Origin: Dryocola sp. BD586 | Lineage (GTDB): Bacteria > Pseudomonadota > Gammaproteobacteria > Enterobacterales > Enterobacteriaceae | DNA: 40,000 nt | NCBI RefSeq assembly: GCF_051307045.1 | Contig: NZ_CP150452.1 | Location: forward strand, 421,287-461,286 | Reading direction: 5' to 3' | Shown: in pieces, positions 28,381-39,767 of the stretch | How positions within the stretch are numbered: position 1 is the first letter of the stretch | Layout: each line of letters starts with the position of its first letter | Notes under the pieces: model-generated | Databases searched by the model: none | Told to the model about the DNA's origin: nothing | Seen by the model: only the letters and a program-made list of their open reading frames with translations | Program-made: the position numbers and the translations under genes

Positions 28381-29448
28381 TCAGTTCCCCGCCGGGTATT
28401 CCTGAATGGTGACCTGCATCGTGAGCTTTTTATCCTCGCGCATGACCTCTACGGGAATCACCGAGCCCGGGCGAATCTCTGCCACCTGATCCATCGTCTC
28501 AAGGGCGGAGATGGCCGGTTTATTGTTCACCGAGACAATTACGTCGTTGACCTGAATACCCGCTTTCGCCGCAGGTCCGTCAGGAGAAACTTCGTTAACA
28601 ATGATGCCCTGGATGCGGTCGAGTCCGGTTGCCGGGCCGTGCAGCGGCGTTATCTCGCGCCCGCCGATACCGATATAACCGCGGATAACCCGACCGTCGC
28701 GGATAAGCTTATCCATGATTTTAGTGGCCAGCTGCGTTGGGATGGCAAAGCCGATGCCTTCCGGCGTTTCACCGTCGTTGCTCTTATCAAAGGAGAGCGT
28801 ATTGATGCCCATCAGCTCGCCAAGCGAGTTCACCAGCGCGCCGCCGGAGTTACCGCGGTTGATGGAGGCGTCGGTCTGCAGGAAAGACTGGCGGCCGGAA
28901 GGGCTCAGGCCAATGCGCCCCGTTGCGCTGATAATGCCCTGGGTAATGGTCTGGCCGAGGTTATAGGGGTTGCCGATGGCCATCACCACGTCGCCAATAT
29001 GCGGCAGCCGTTTACTGTTTATCGGGATCAGCGGCAGGCCGGTGGCGTTAATTTTTAACACCGCCAGATCGGTCAGGCTGTCGGAACCGACCAGCAAGGC
29101 TTCGAAGACGCGACCGTCCTGCAGCGCAACGATGATCTGCTCCGCGTCGTTAATTACGTGCTTATTGGTAATGATGTAGCCGCGCTCGTCCATAATCACC
29201 CCGGAGCCGAGGGTTTTTATTTCCAGCTGGTTTTGAGTATTGCTTCCCACGCTGCGGTTATAGACGTTTACTACGGCAGGCGCGGCCCGCCGCACCGCGG
29301 TGTTATAGCTCAGCGGCGTTTCGTCGGCACTGTCAAACTTCGAAGGGGCCAGCGGCGTAATTTTCTGGCGTAATGAAGGCAGGGATACCAACAGAATGCC
29401 CGCCACAATCAGGCCGATTGCCACCGAACGTAATATCTTCAGAAACAT
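28381..29448 (-). CDS. degS: Periplasmic serine endoprotease DegS (sigma-E stress sensor)
   Basis: From the internal ATG 29448 the protein reads MFLKILRSVAIGLIVAGILLVSLPSLR...GSGVIMDERGYIITNKHVINDAEQIIVALQDGRVFEALLVGSD...GNSGGALVN..., 355 aa, the same length as E. coli DegS and collinear with it. Confidence 0.95.
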   Translation of the reverse strand: MFLKILRSVAIGLIVAGILLVSLPSLRQKITPLAPSKFDSADETPLSYNTAVRRAAPAVVNVYNRSVGSNTQNQLEIKTLGSGVIMDERGYIITNKHVINDAEQIIVALQDGRVFEALLVGSDSLTDLAVLKINATGLPLIPINSKRLPHIGDVVMAIGNPYNLGQTITQGIISATGRIGLSPSGRQSFLQTDASINRGNSGGALVNSLGELMGINTLSFDKSNDGETPEGIGFAIPTQLATKIMDKLIRDGRVIRGYIGIGGREITPLHGPATGLDRIQGIIVNEVSPDGPAAKAGIQVNDVIVSVNNKPAISALETMDQVAEIRPGSVIPVEVMREDKKLTMQVTIQEYPAGN

Positions 29449-29497
29449 GGGTTTGTAAAAGTCCGTGAGAAAACGAACGCAGAATAGCATGAGTTAA

Positions 29498-29523
29498 TCG
29501 GACACCGCACTCGCGATGTCCGA
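29498..29523 (-). terminator. Hairpin between degQ and degS (possible degQ terminator)
   Basis: TCGGACA-12 nt-TGTCCGA is a 7-bp stem lying 13 nt after the degQ stop. The downstream sequence is only weakly U-rich, so this call is tentative. Confidence 0.3.
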
Positions 29524-29535
29524 TTACTGAGCAAA

Positions 29536-30907
29536 TTAACGCAATAACAAATAGAGAGTATCTTCGCCGCGTACGACGCGCAGGGCGATTACCGACGGCT
29601 TGTTTTCCAGCAGCTTACGCATTTCCGCAATGGTGCGAATGCGTTCACGGTTGATGCCGATGATGACATCGTCTTTATGCAGCCCGACCTGCGCGGCCGG
29701 CGTGCCTTTTTCTACGCTGTCGAGCTTCACGCCTTTAGCGCCGTCTTTCAGCTGGCCGTCGCTTAGCGACGCTCCCTGCAGCGCGGGAATAATCAGTTCT
29801 GCATTGGCTGAGGAAGCGGTGCTTTTATCGAGCGTCACGCTTACTTCCAGCGGCTTGCCGTCGCGTAGCAGGCCAAGCTGCACCACGGTGCCCGGTTCGG
29901 TTGTGGCGATTTTAGCGCGCAGTTCCGCAAAGCTGTTGATGTTTTTACCGTTCAGGCTGGTGATAACATCTCCCGCTTTGACGCCCGCTTTCGCCGAGCC
30001 GGACTGCGGCAGCACTTCGCTGACGAACGCGCCGCGCTGCGTGGTCAGGTTGAAGGCTTTGGCGATGTCGGCGCTCATTTCGGTGCCCTTAATGCCGAGC
30101 AGGCCGCGCTTGATTTCGCCGAACTCCATCAGCTGTTTGGCCAGCGTTTGCGCCATATTGCTTGGAATAGCAAAGCCGATGCCGACGCTGCCGCCGCTTG
30201 GGGCGAGAATGGCGGTATTGATGCCGATGAGTTCGCCGTTGAGGTTCAGCAGCGCGCCGCCGGAGTTACCCCGGTTGATGGAGGCGTCCGTCTGAATGAA
30301 GTTCTCCAGCCCTTCCAGATTGAGGCCGCTGCGGCCTAGCGCTGAGACGATGCCCGAGGTCGCGGTTTGGCCCAGCCCAAAGGGGTTGCCCACGGCCACG
30401 GCGAAGTCGCCCACGCGCAGCTTATCGGAGTCGGCCCACGGCGATTTGCGTAAGCCCCGTCGCGTTTTGCAACTGAATAAGGGCGATGTCGCTCTGATCG
30501 TCGCCGCCGATAAGTTTGGCCTCAAACTCACGCCCGTCGTTAAGCTGGACGCTGATTTTTTCTGCGTGGCTGATGACGTGATTATTCGTAAGCACATAAC
30601 CTTTGGCTGCGTTAATAATCACCCCGGAGCCCAGGCCTTCAAACGGCTGTGATTCGGAAGGCGGCAGATCGTCGCCAAAGAATTTTTTAAACTCTTCCGG
30701 GACCTTTTGCGTGGGCGCGGCGGCCGTGCCTTCAACCTGCACGCTCACTACCGCAGGCAACACCTTTTCCAGCATCGGCGCAAGGCTTGGCACCGCAGCC
30801 TGTCCGGGAACCTGGGAGGGGATAGCGGCAGCTGCAAAAGGTGATGCGCCCAGAGCTAACCCGACACTTAACGCTAACGCACTCAATAACCGTGTTTGTT
30901 TCTTCAT
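29536..30907 (-). pseudogene. degQ: Periplasmic serine endoprotease DegQ, split by a 1-bp insertion as sequenced
   Basis: MKKQTRLLSALALSVGLALGA...[18 protein letters not shown] | [35 protein letters not shown]...[13 protein letters not shown] is split over ORFs 30422..30907(-) and 29536..30597(-). The break is at GGCCC 30433-30437 on the + strand. The span is 1372 nt, which is 1 mod 3. Confidence 0.93.
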
Positions 30908-31086
30908 TGATGGCTTGCTCTCGTGACCTGGAAAAAGGAAAACCCGATAACACTCCGATGTTATTGAAATATCAGCCGGGTAACAATGTCGTTATGAGAT
31001 GAGACGAGACTATTAAATGATAGCTGCGGCGAGGGGAGAATTGGGGCACGAAACGCGTGCCCCGGGAAAAAAATTTACCGCTGTGA

Positions 31087-31488
31087 TTAATCGCGTTTTG
31101 CACGCTCGGTACGCAGCAATCCGGACGCGCCTTCCGAATAGTCGCGCGGTATCTGCACCGGCGCCTGATCGTTGCTGGCTTCGGATTCGGCCAGACGGTT
31201 GCGGAAAGGATTGGCTTCGGCTGAAAGCTCGGGCAGCAGGCTGCTGGAGCTTTTTGCCATATGTTGATACAGCTGGCGATAATCGTGTGCCATGTTATCA
31301 AGCAGCTCTGCACTCTGGGCAAAGTGGCTGACCAGCTCTTCGCGGTACTCTTCAAGCTCCGCTTTGTTTTTCTCAAGCTCGTACTGTAAAGCCTGCTGCT
31401 GGCGCAGTTTGCGGTTGCCAAAACGCATGGCGACGGCACCAATGATAACTCCGACAACTAACCCAATTAGCGCATATTCCCAGGTCAT
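31087..31488 (-). CDS. yhcB: Inner-membrane cell-division/envelope protein YhcB (ZapG, DUF1043)
   Basis: MTWEYALIGLVVGVIIGAVAMRFGNRKLRQQQALQYELEKNKAELEEYREELVSHFA... runs for 133 aa and is collinear with E. coli YhcB. Confidence 0.9.
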   Translation of the reverse strand: MTWEYALIGLVVGVIIGAVAMRFGNRKLRQQQALQYELEKNKAELEEYREELVSHFAQSAELLDNMAHDYRQLYQHMAKSSSSLLPELSAEANPFRNRLAESEASNDQAPVQIPRDYSEGASGLLRTERAKRD

Positions 31489-31666
31489 GAACTTCTCCCG
31501 TTATCTTGTGTTTCCGTAGGGTAATGTAGCCACTATAACCGCTAACCTAAGAGAAGTGGAATCCTGACGCAGCATCGCTTAGGGTAGAACGACCTTTTTT
31601 TCGACATCCGTACTTAAAGAACACCAGTAAACGGCAATACGATTTTTAAGGGAACACCATAATACC

Positions 31667-32795
31667 ATGCAAAATCTTTCCCCTACATCACGCTACCAGC
31701 AGGCTTTGGCCGAGGGCGGCTATCAGCCCGACGACGTTCAGCGCGAGGCCGTAACGCGCCTTGAGGCTATTTATCAAGAGCTTACAAATAAAAGTTCCGC
31801 GCCCGCCGAAGCCGGTGGATTCATGGCGAAGTTTGGCAAGCTGCTGGGCAAGCGCACCGCGCCCGTTAACGATGAACCGGTGCGCGGGCTGTATATGTGG
31901 GGCGGAGTAGGGCGCGGCAAAACCTGGCTGATGGACATGTTCTTTCAGAGTTTACCTGGCCGGCGCAAGCTGCGGCTGCATTTCCATCGCTTTATGCTGC
32001 GCGTGCATGAAGAGCTTACCCAGCTGCAGGGGCATAGCGACCCGCTTGAAATCGTGGCGGACGGTTTTAAAGCCGAAACGGACATTCTGTGCTTCGATGA
32101 ATTCTTCGTTTCGGACATCACCGACGCCATGCTCCTGGGCACATTAATGAAAGCGCTGTTTGCCCGCGGCATAACCCTGGTGGCCCACGTCGAATATTCC
32201 GCCCGACGAACTTTATCGTAACGGTCTGCAGCGGCCGCGATTTATCCCGGCTATCGAAGCGATAAAACGACACTGCGACGTAATGAATGTGGATGCGGGA
32301 ATCGATTACCGGCTACGCACCCTGACCCAGGCGCATCTCTGGCTGTCGCCGCTAAATGAGGCGACGACGCGGCAAATGGAGCATTTATATACCGCGCTGG
32401 CGGGCGCGCCGCGGGAAGGCGCGCCGGTGCTGGAAATTAACCATCGCCCGCTGGCGACTCTTGGCACCGCCAACCAAACGCTGGCGGTGGATTACCAGAC
32501 GCTGTGCGCGGACGCCCGCAGCCAGCATGATTACATCGCCCTGTCGCGCCTCTTCCACACGGTTATGCTGTTTAACGTGCCGGTCATGACCACCCGCAAT
32601 GAAAACGAAGCCCGGCGCTTTATCGCCATGGTGGATGAGTTTTACGAAAGGCACGTGAAGCTGGCCGTTTCCGCCCAGGCGTCATTATTCGATATATATC
32701 AAGGCGAAAGGCTTAAGTTTGAGTTCCAGCGCTGCCTTTCGCGCCTGCAGGAAATGCAAAGCGAAGAGTATTTGCGCCTGCCGCATATGCCCTGA
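31667..32795 (+). pseudogene. zapE: Cell-division AAA-type ATPase ZapE (YhcM), split by a 1-bp insertion as sequenced
   Basis: ...RGLYMWGGVGRGKTWLMD (Walker A)...[33 protein letters not shown] | ([16 protein letters not shown]..)...HCDVMNVDAGIDYRLRTL...EFYERHVKLAVSA... is split over ORFs 31667..32221 and 32283..32795. The break is at GGCCC 32182-32186. The span is 1129 nt, which is 1 mod 3. Confidence 0.9.
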
Positions 32796-32851
32796 ATATC
32801 GTTATGTAACGCGAAAGATAAATTGTGGTCGATCTTTGGGGACGACTTCTC

Positions 32852-32857
32852 TATAAT
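32852..32857 (+). promoter_or_regulatory. Perfect TATAAT hexamer upstream of rplM (candidate -10 of the rplM-rpsI promoter)
   Basis: TATAAT is at 32852-32857, about 166 nt upstream of the rplM ATG. A weak -35-like TCGATC lies 17 nt upstream of it. There is no experimental anchor, so this is a pattern match only. Confidence 0.3.
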
Positions 32858-32974
32858 CTTGCGACCCCACGTTACAACCAAAGTTTTTTTCCCAAAACTT
32901 TTGTCGTGCCGGCATAGGCTATTCGAAGGGGTAGGTTTGCTGGACAATGTCGCGTGAACCTCAACTGATTTTAA

Positions 32975-33859
<885 letters not shown>

Positions 33860-33894
33860 TTGTTCTGCATTGCGCAGAAAACAATTGGCAAAAA

Positions 33895-33920
33895 ACCCGG
33901 TCCTGTACCGGGTTTTTTTA
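33895..33920 (+). terminator. Rho-independent terminator after rpsI
   Basis: ACCCGGT-cctgt-ACCGGGT is followed by TTTTTTT and preceded by an A-run. Confidence 0.82.
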
Positions 33921-34176
33921 TGCCTGAATTTATATTATTTGTTTTAACTGTTTGAAACTATTCAACTTTATCGCTAATTTTGGATCCGCTCCCCACAAAA
34001 CTGGTAAAATCTGGTAAACTATCAACCAATTTTCTGCCCAAATGTCGGCATCAGTTTGTTTTCGCCTTGTTTTCTGGCGGCTGATGGGAGTCCGAGTGAG
34101 TTGGGTAATAAACAGTCAGGTTAGTCGCCGCTTGCGGCTATTAGCAGTAATTTTCTGAATAAACTTGGAGGTTTTC

Positions 34177-34818
34177 ATGGCTGTCGCTGCCAACAAACGT
34201 TCGGTGATGACGCTGTTTTCCGGTCCTACTGACATCTATAGCCATCAGGTACGTATCGTACTGGCTGAAAAAGGTGTCAGCGTTGAAATTGAGCATGTGG
34301 AAACGGATAACCTGCCTCAGGATCTGATTGACCTCAACCCAAATCACAGCGTACCGACCCTGGTTGACCGCGAACTGACCCTGTGGGAATCCCGCATCAT
34401 CATGGAATATCTTGATGAGCGTTTCCCGCACCCGCCGCTTATGCCGGTTTACCCTGTGGCACGTGGTGAAAGCCGTCTGTACATGCACCGCATCGAAAAA
34501 GACTGGTACACCCTGATGAACACCGTGCTGAACGGTTCTGCTCAGGAAGCGGACAATGCGCGCAAGCAGCTGCGCGAAGAGCTGCTGGCCATTGCGCCCG
34601 TCTTCACCCAGAAACCTTTCTTCCTGAGCGACGAGTTCAGCCTGGTGGATTGCTATCTGGCGCCGCTGCTGTGGCGTTTACCGCAGATGGGCATCGAGCT
34701 CACCGGCGCGGGTTCTAAAGAGATGAAAGGCTACATGACTCGTGTATTCGAGCGTGATTCCTTCCTCGCCTCTTTGACCGAACCCGAGCGCGAAATGCGT
34801 CTGCAGACCCGAGGCTAA
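34177..34818 (+). CDS. sspA: Stringent starvation protein A (GST-like RNAP-associated protein)
   Basis: MAVAANKRSVMTLFSGPTDIYSHQVRIVLAEKGVSVEIEHVETDNLPQDLIDLNP... is collinear with E. coli SspA. The start is at the conserved MAVAAN, 4 codons inside the track ORF. Confidence 0.96.
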   Translation: MAVAANKRSVMTLFSGPTDIYSHQVRIVLAEKGVSVEIEHVETDNLPQDLIDLNPNHSVPTLVDRELTLWESRIIMEYLDERFPHPPLMPVYPVARGESRLYMHRIEKDWYTLMNTVLNGSAQEADNARKQLREELLAIAPVFTQKPFFLSDEFSLVDCYLAPLLWRLPQMGIELTGAGSKEMKGYMTRVFERDSFLASLTEPEREMRLQTRG

Positions 34819-34821
34819 TTG

Positions 34822-35316
34822 ATGGATATGTCGCAATTGTCACCGCGTCGTCCCTATCTGCTCCGCGCTTTTTACGAGTGGCTACTGGACAACCAGCTCA
34901 CACCGCACCTGGTTGTGGATGTGACATTGCCAGGCGTGCATGTGCCGATGGAATATGCGCGCGACGGGCAAATTGTGCTGAATATCGCGCCGCGCGCGGT
35001 AGGCAACCTGGAGCTGGCCAACAACGAAGTGCGTTTTAACGCGCGCTTTGGCGGCGTGCCGCGCCAGGTCTTTGTTCCTATGGCGGCGGTGCTGGCGATC
35101 TACGCTCGTGAGAACGGCGCCGGCACTATGTTTGAGCCGGAAGCCAGCTATGACGACGTTGAAAGCCACAACGATGACGAACAGGCCGCAGCCGATCCGG
35201 AAACGGTAATGCAGGTGATCGATGGCGATCGCCCGGATCGCGAAGAAGATGACAATAGCCCGGATGACGATCCCCCTCCGCGCGGTGGCCGTCCGGCTCT
35301 GCGCGTGGTGAAGTAA
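34822..35316 (+). CDS. sspB: ClpXP adaptor / stringent starvation protein B
   Basis: MDMSQLSPRRPYLLRAFYEWLLDNQLTPHLVVDVTLPGVHVPMEYARDGQIVLNIAP... has an acidic linker and ends with the ClpX-binding tail RGGRPALRVVK. The ATG is at 34822; the track ORF begins one codon earlier at TTG. Confidence 0.95.
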   Translation: MDMSQLSPRRPYLLRAFYEWLLDNQLTPHLVVDVTLPGVHVPMEYARDGQIVLNIAPRAVGNLELANNEVRFNARFGGVPRQVFVPMAAVLAIYARENGAGTMFEPEASYDDVESHNDDEQAAADPETVMQVIDGDRPDREEDDNSPDDDPPPRGGRPALRVVK

Positions 35317-35323
35317 AGCTGAA

Positions 35324-35349
35324 AGCCAGTCTGTTGACTGGCTTTTTTA
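35324..35349 (+). terminator. Rho-independent terminator after sspB
   Basis: AGCCAGTC-tgtt-GACTGGCT is followed by TTTTTT. Confidence 0.82.
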
Positions 35350-35454
35350 TTGCCTGCGCCCGCCGAGCTCTTCTTTCGTAAGTCTGGAATTGCTGTGTTA
35401 TGATCCAAAAGGTTACTCTTTTTCTTTCCTTAAAAACGGTCCCTTTCTGACGCT

Positions 35455-36237
35455 ATGAGCACATTTGACGACCAGGCAGACCAGACGACTGAAACCATCG
35501 GCCATGCGATGCGCCGTCGCCCGCTGGCGCGTAAAAAGCTTTCGGAAATGGTGGAAGAAGAGCTTGAGCAGATGATCCGCAGGCGCGAGTTTGCCGAAGG
35601 CGAACAGCTGCCCTCCGAACGCGAGCTGATGGCCTTTTTTAACGTCGGGCGTCCCTCCGTTCGTGAAGCGCTGGCGGCCCTCAAGCGTAAAGGCCTGGTG
35701 CAAATCAGCAATGGCGAGCGCGCCCGTGTTTCACGCCCCTCCGCGGACACCATTATTGGCGAGCTGTCTGGCGTCGCGAAAGATTTCCTTTCTCGTCCCG
35801 GCGGTATCGCCCATTTCGAGCAGCTGCGGCTGTTTTTTGAATCAAGCCTGGTGCGCTATGCCGCGGAATTCGCCACCGATGAGCAGATCGCCCGCCTTGG
35901 CAAGGCGCTGGAGATGAACAGCCAGGCGCTGGACGACAACGAGCTCTTTATTCGATCCGATATCGAATTTCATCGCGAGCTGGCCGAAATCCCCGCCAAC
36001 CCAATTTTTATGGCCGTGCATGTCGCCTTGCTGGACTGGCTGATAGCGGCTCGTCCCGCCGTTCCCCAGGAAGAGCTGCACGCGCATAACAACGTGAGCT
36101 ACCAGCAGCATATTGAAATCCTTAAAGCTATCCAGGCGCGGGATCCCGATGCCGCGGAAGCCGCCCTGAAAGCCCATCTGAAAAGCGTATTCGCCGCTTA
36201 TTATGCCGCCCCGCGCAGGCGCAGCCTGAAAAAATAA
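35455..36237 (+). CDS. nanR: GntR/FadR-family repressor of sialic acid catabolism NanR
   Basis: ...[87 protein letters not shown]... is collinear with E. coli NanR. It lies directly upstream of nanA. Confidence 0.93.
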   Translation: MSTFDDQADQTTETIGHAMRRRPLARKKLSEMVEEELEQMIRRREFAEGEQLPSERELMAFFNVGRPSVREALAALKRKGLVQISNGERARVSRPSADTIIGELSGVAKDFLSRPGGIAHFEQLRLFFESSLVRYAAEFATDEQIARLGKALEMNSQALDDNELFIRSDIEFHRELAEIPANPIFMAVHVALLDWLIAARPAVPQEELHAHNNVSYQQHIEILKAIQARDPDAAEAALKAHLKSVFAAYYAAPRRRSLKK

Positions 36238-36301
36238 CGCCCGCTGAGTTGCGATCTGCTGCACGACTTTCTGCAATACGCGATCAACTATAGTAATTTC
36301 A

Positions 36302-36317
36302 TATGAACAAGATCACA
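36302..36317. promoter_or_regulatory. Candidate CRP-binding site in the nanA promoter
   Basis: TATGA-acaaga-TCACA matches 9 of 10 core positions of TGTGA-N6-TCACA. It is centred about 47 bp upstream of the NanR operator, consistent with the CRP-dependent nan promoter of E. coli. Confidence 0.5.
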
Positions 36318-36356
36318 TCCTGATGCTCTGGCCGTATGGCGTTTACTTTTCGCTCT

Positions 36357-36379
36357 GGTATAACAGGTATAAAGGTATA
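36357..36379 (+). promoter_or_regulatory. NanR operator: three GGTATA repeats
   Basis: GGTATAacaGGTATAaaGGTATA is read directly from the sequence. This is the triple GGTATA repeat described as the NanR binding site at the E. coli nanA promoter. It lies 38 nt upstream of the nanA ATG. Confidence 0.85.
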
Positions 36380-36416
36380 TCGTTATGTTTAAAAACCAGA
36401 CCACCAGGAGATGTTT

Positions 36417-37316
36417 ATGACACAGAATCTTCGGGGCGTGATGCCGGCACTGCTGACCCCCTTCAATCAACACGAGCAGGTGGACACGGACAGCCTGCGC
36501 CGTCTTGTACGCTTCAACATAGAGCAGGGCGTGGACGGCCTGTACGTCGGCGGCTCTACCGGCGAGGCGTTTTTGCAAAGCGCGAAGGAGCGCGAGCAGG
36601 TGCTGGAAGTCGTCGCCGAGGAGGCGAAAGGCAAGCTGACGCTGATTGCTCACGTAGGGGCTATCAGCACCGAGGAGAGCCAGGCCCTGGCAGGCGCGGC
36701 ACACCGCTATGGCTTTGACGCCGTGTCCGCCGTGACGCCGTTCTACTATCCGTTTAGTTTTAACGAGCACTGCGATCATTATCGCGCGGTGATTGACGCA
36801 TCCGGCGGCCTGCCGATGGTGGTCTACAATATTCCAGCCTTAAGCGGCGTGAAGCTGACGCTGGATCAGGTGACAACGCTTGTGAACTTGCCCGGCGTCG
36901 GTGCGCTTAAACAAACCTCCGGCGATCTGTATGAAATGGAAAAGATCCGCCGCGCGCATCCCGATCTGGTGCTCTACAACGGCTACGACGAAATCTTCGC
37001 TTCCGGCCTGATGGCGGGCGCGGATGGCGGTATCGGCAGCACCTATAACGTGATGGGCTGGCGTTATCTGGCCATTAAGCGGGCCGTCGAAGAAGGGGAC
37101 GTGCAGCGCGCAATGCAGCTGCAAAGCGAGTGCAACAAAGTTATCGATCTGCTGATTAAGGTCGGCGTCTTCCGCGGGCTGAAAACGCTGTTGCACTACA
37201 TGGATATCGTCGCCGTGCCGCTATGCCGCAGGCCTTTCTCTCCGGTGGACGAGCAGCACCAGCCGGAACTTAAGGCGCTGGCGGCTGAGCTGCAGGCGGA
37301 ACGCGCCACGTTCTGA
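36417..37316 (+). CDS. nanA: N-acetylneuraminate lyase
   Basis: [52 protein letters not shown]...[28 protein letters not shown]...[11 protein letters not shown]... is collinear with E. coli NanA. The start was chosen at the second ATG (36417), which has AGGAG 6 nt upstream. Confidence 0.95.
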   Translation: MTQNLRGVMPALLTPFNQHEQVDTDSLRRLVRFNIEQGVDGLYVGGSTGEAFLQSAKEREQVLEVVAEEAKGKLTLIAHVGAISTEESQALAGAAHRYGFDAVSAVTPFYYPFSFNEHCDHYRAVIDASGGLPMVVYNIPALSGVKLTLDQVTTLVNLPGVGALKQTSGDLYEMEKIRRAHPDLVLYNGYDEIFASGLMAGADGGIGSTYNVMGWRYLAIKRAVEEGDVQRAMQLQSECNKVIDLLIKVGVFRGLKTLLHYMDIVAVPLCRRPFSPVDEQHQPELKALAAELQAERATF

Positions 37317-37404
37317 TACGCGATGCCGGGCGACCGGCGTTTATCAAACCTAATCGGACCTCACTAAAGGGCGGGTTACTGCTAACCCGCGCCGGGAGTG
37401 CTTT

Positions 37405-38895
37405 ATGAATAACACTGCCCAACAGATCCCCTGGTATCGCCATTTAACTAAGCCGCAATGGAAGGCATTTTCCGCAGCCTGGATTGGCTACCTGCTGGAT
37501 GGTTTTGATTTTGTCCTGATAGCGTTAGTGTTGACTGAAATACAAAGTGAATTTGGCCTGACCACCGTACAGGCCGCAAGCCTGATCTCTGCGGCGTTTA
37601 TTTCCCGCTGGTTTGGCGGCCTGGTGCTGGGCGCGATGGGCGATCGCTACGGGCGTAAGCTTGCGATGATCGCCAGCATCGTCCTGTTTTCCGTCGGCAC
37701 CCTGGCCTGCGGTTTCGCGCCAGGTTTTACCACCATGTTTATCGCCCGCCTGGTTATCGGCATGGGAATGGCCGGCGAATATGGCTCCAGCGCGACCTAC
37801 GTCATTGAAAGCTGGCCAAAGCATCTGCGTAACAAGGCCAGCGGCTTCTTAATCTCAGGTTTCTCCGTCGGCGCCGTGCTGGCGGCGCAGGTCTACAGCG
37901 TAGTGGTGCCCGAATGGGGCTGGCGCGCGCTGTTTTTCATCGGCATTGTGCCTATTATTTTCGCGCTCTGGCTGCGTAAAAATATCCCCGAGGCGGAAGA
38001 CTGGCACGAGAAGTTCGCCGATAAAAAGCCGGTTAAAACCATGGTCGATATTCTTTATCGCGGCGAACACCGGATTATCAATATGGGCCTGACTGCCGTG
38101 GTGGCGACGGCGCTCTACTTCTGCTTTGCGGGCGACGTGGGCAATGCGGCCGTCATCGCCGTACTGGGGCTTATCTGCGCCGCCGTATTCATCAGCTTTA
38201 TGGTGCAAAGCAGCGGTAAACGCTGGCCGACGGGCGTCACCCTTATGTTCGTGGTGCTCTTCGCCTTCCTCTATTCATGGCCGATTCAGGCGCTACTGCC
38301 GACCTATCTGAAAACCGAGCTGGCCTACGATCCCACCACCGTCGCCCACGTACTCTTCTTTAGCGGCTTTGGCGCGGCGGTAGGATGCTGCGTGGGCGGC
38401 TTCCTTGGCGACTGGCTGGGCACGCGCAAAGCCTACGTTTGCAGCCTGCTGGTCTCCCAGCTGCTGATCGTGCCCGTGTTCGCCATCGGCGGCGGAAATA
38501 TCTGGGTGCTGGGGCTGCTGCTGTTCTTCCAGCAAATGCTTGGCCAGGGGATTTCGGGCATCCTGCCAAAACTCATCGGCGGCTATTTCGATACCGAGCA
38601 GCGGGCGGCGGGGTTAGGCTTTACCTACAACGTCGGCGCTCTCGGCGGCGCGCTGGCGCCGGTTATCGGCGCCACCATCGCCCAGCGGCTGGACCTGGGA
38701 ACCGCTTTGGGCTCGCTCTCATTCAGCCTGACCTTTGTCGTCATCCTGCTTATCGGGCTTGATATGCCATCGCGCGTTCAGCGCTGGATCCACCCTGAAG
38801 CCTTGCGCACCCACGACGCCATTGACGGCAAGCCTTTTAGCGGCGCGGTGCGCGCGGGCAGCAAAAGCGCTTTAGTGCACAAGGCGGTGAAATGA
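37405..38895 (+). CDS. nanT: MFS sialic acid:H+ symporter
   Basis: The 496-aa protein ...[38 protein letters not shown]...[13 protein letters not shown]... is collinear with E. coli NanT and the same length. Confidence 0.95.
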   Translation: MNNTAQQIPWYRHLTKPQWKAFSAAWIGYLLDGFDFVLIALVLTEIQSEFGLTTVQAASLISAAFISRWFGGLVLGAMGDRYGRKLAMIASIVLFSVGTLACGFAPGFTTMFIARLVIGMGMAGEYGSSATYVIESWPKHLRNKASGFLISGFSVGAVLAAQVYSVVVPEWGWRALFFIGIVPIIFALWLRKNIPEAEDWHEKFADKKPVKTMVDILYRGEHRIINMGLTAVVATALYFCFAGDVGNAAVIAVLGLICAAVFISFMVQSSGKRWPTGVTLMFVVLFAFLYSWPIQALLPTYLKTELAYDPTTVAHVLFFSGFGAAVGCCVGGFLGDWLGTRKAYVCSLLVSQLLIVPVFAIGGGNIWVLGLLLFFQQMLGQGISGILPKLIGGYFDTEQRAAGLGFTYNVGALGGALAPVIGATIAQRLDLGTALGSLSFSLTFVVILLIGLDMPSRVQRWIHPEALRTHDAIDGKPFSGAVRAGSKSALVHKAVK

Positions 38896-39767
38896 CGACG
38901 CTTGCCATTGACCTTGGCGGCACCAAGCTTGCCGCCGCGCTGATCGATAAGAACATGCACATTATCGACAGATGCGAAGCGGCGACGCCCGCCAGCAAAA
39001 CGCAGGAAGCTTTGCAGGCCTGTCTGGCGGAAGTGGTCGCACCCTTTGCGTCTCGCGCGCAGCGTGTAGCCATTGCCTCGACCGGCATTATTCAGGACGG
39101 CGTGCTGAACGCTATTAACCCCGAAAATCTCGGCGGCCTTGCCCGCTTCCCGCTGGTTGAGGTCGTCACGCGCCTGACCCGGCTTCCGTGCATCGCCGTC
39201 AACGATGCCCAGGCGGCTGCCTGGGCGGAATATCACCCGCTGCGCGAAGATATCAACGACATGGTATTTCTGACGGTCTCGACCGGCGTCGGCGGCGGCA
39301 TCGTCAGCAATGGCCGGCTGCTGGTCGGAGCGGGCGGGCTTGCCGGTCATCTCGGCCACACCCTTGCGGATCCAAACGGCCCGCGCTGCGGCTGCGGGCG
39401 CATCGGCTGCGTAGAGGCTATAGCTTCAGGCCGTGGTATTGCGGCGGCGGCAAAGGGCGATTTGGCGGGAAGCGACGCAAAAGCGATTTTTGTCAGGGCG
39501 GCTCAGGGACATCCTCAGGCCAATGCGCTAAGGCAGCGTTCGGCGCAAACCCTGGCGCGCCTGATTGCCGATATTAAGGCGGCAACGGACTGCCGGTGCG
39601 TGGTCATCGGCGGCAGCGTTGGCCTGAGCGAAGGCTACCTGGAACTGGTCCGCACCTTTCTTAACGAGGAGCCGGCAACCTATCGTAGCCGGCTGCTGGC
39701 CGCTCGCCATCAACATAATGCGGGCCTGCTTGGGGCCGCGCTGTTAGCACAGGAAGTTATGTCATGA
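38892..39767 (+). CDS. nanK: N-acetylmannosamine kinase (ROK family)
   Basis: [20 protein letters not shown]...[13 protein letters not shown]...[12 protein letters not shown]...[19 protein letters not shown]...[35 protein letters not shown]... runs for 291 aa, the same length as E. coli NanK and collinear with it. The ATGA overlaps the nanT stop. Confidence 0.93.
   Translation: MTTLAIDLGGTKLAAALIDKNMHIIDRCEAATPASKTQEALQACLAEVVAPFASRAQRVAIASTGIIQDGVLNAINPENLGGLARFPLVEVVTRLTRLPCIAVNDAQAAAWAEYHPLREDINDMVFLTVSTGVGGGIVSNGRLLVGAGGLAGHLGHTLADPNGPRCGCGRIGCVEAIASGRGIAAAAKGDLAGSDAKAIFVRAAQGHPQANALRQRSAQTLARLIADIKAATDCRCVVIGGSVGLSEGYLELVRTFLNEEPATYRSRLLAARHQHNAGLLGAALLAQEVMS

Noticed and set aside
31043-31063. 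Strong hairpin GGGGCACG-aaacg-CGTGCCCC between yhcB and degQ, considered as the yhcB terminator
   Set aside because: The adjacent A7 run on the + strand places the U-run before the stem, not after it, on the yhcB (minus) strand. On the + strand the stem is followed by GGGAAAAAAA. It therefore fits a canonical intrinsic terminator in neither direction. It may be a stability or REP-like element, but I cannot support a call.
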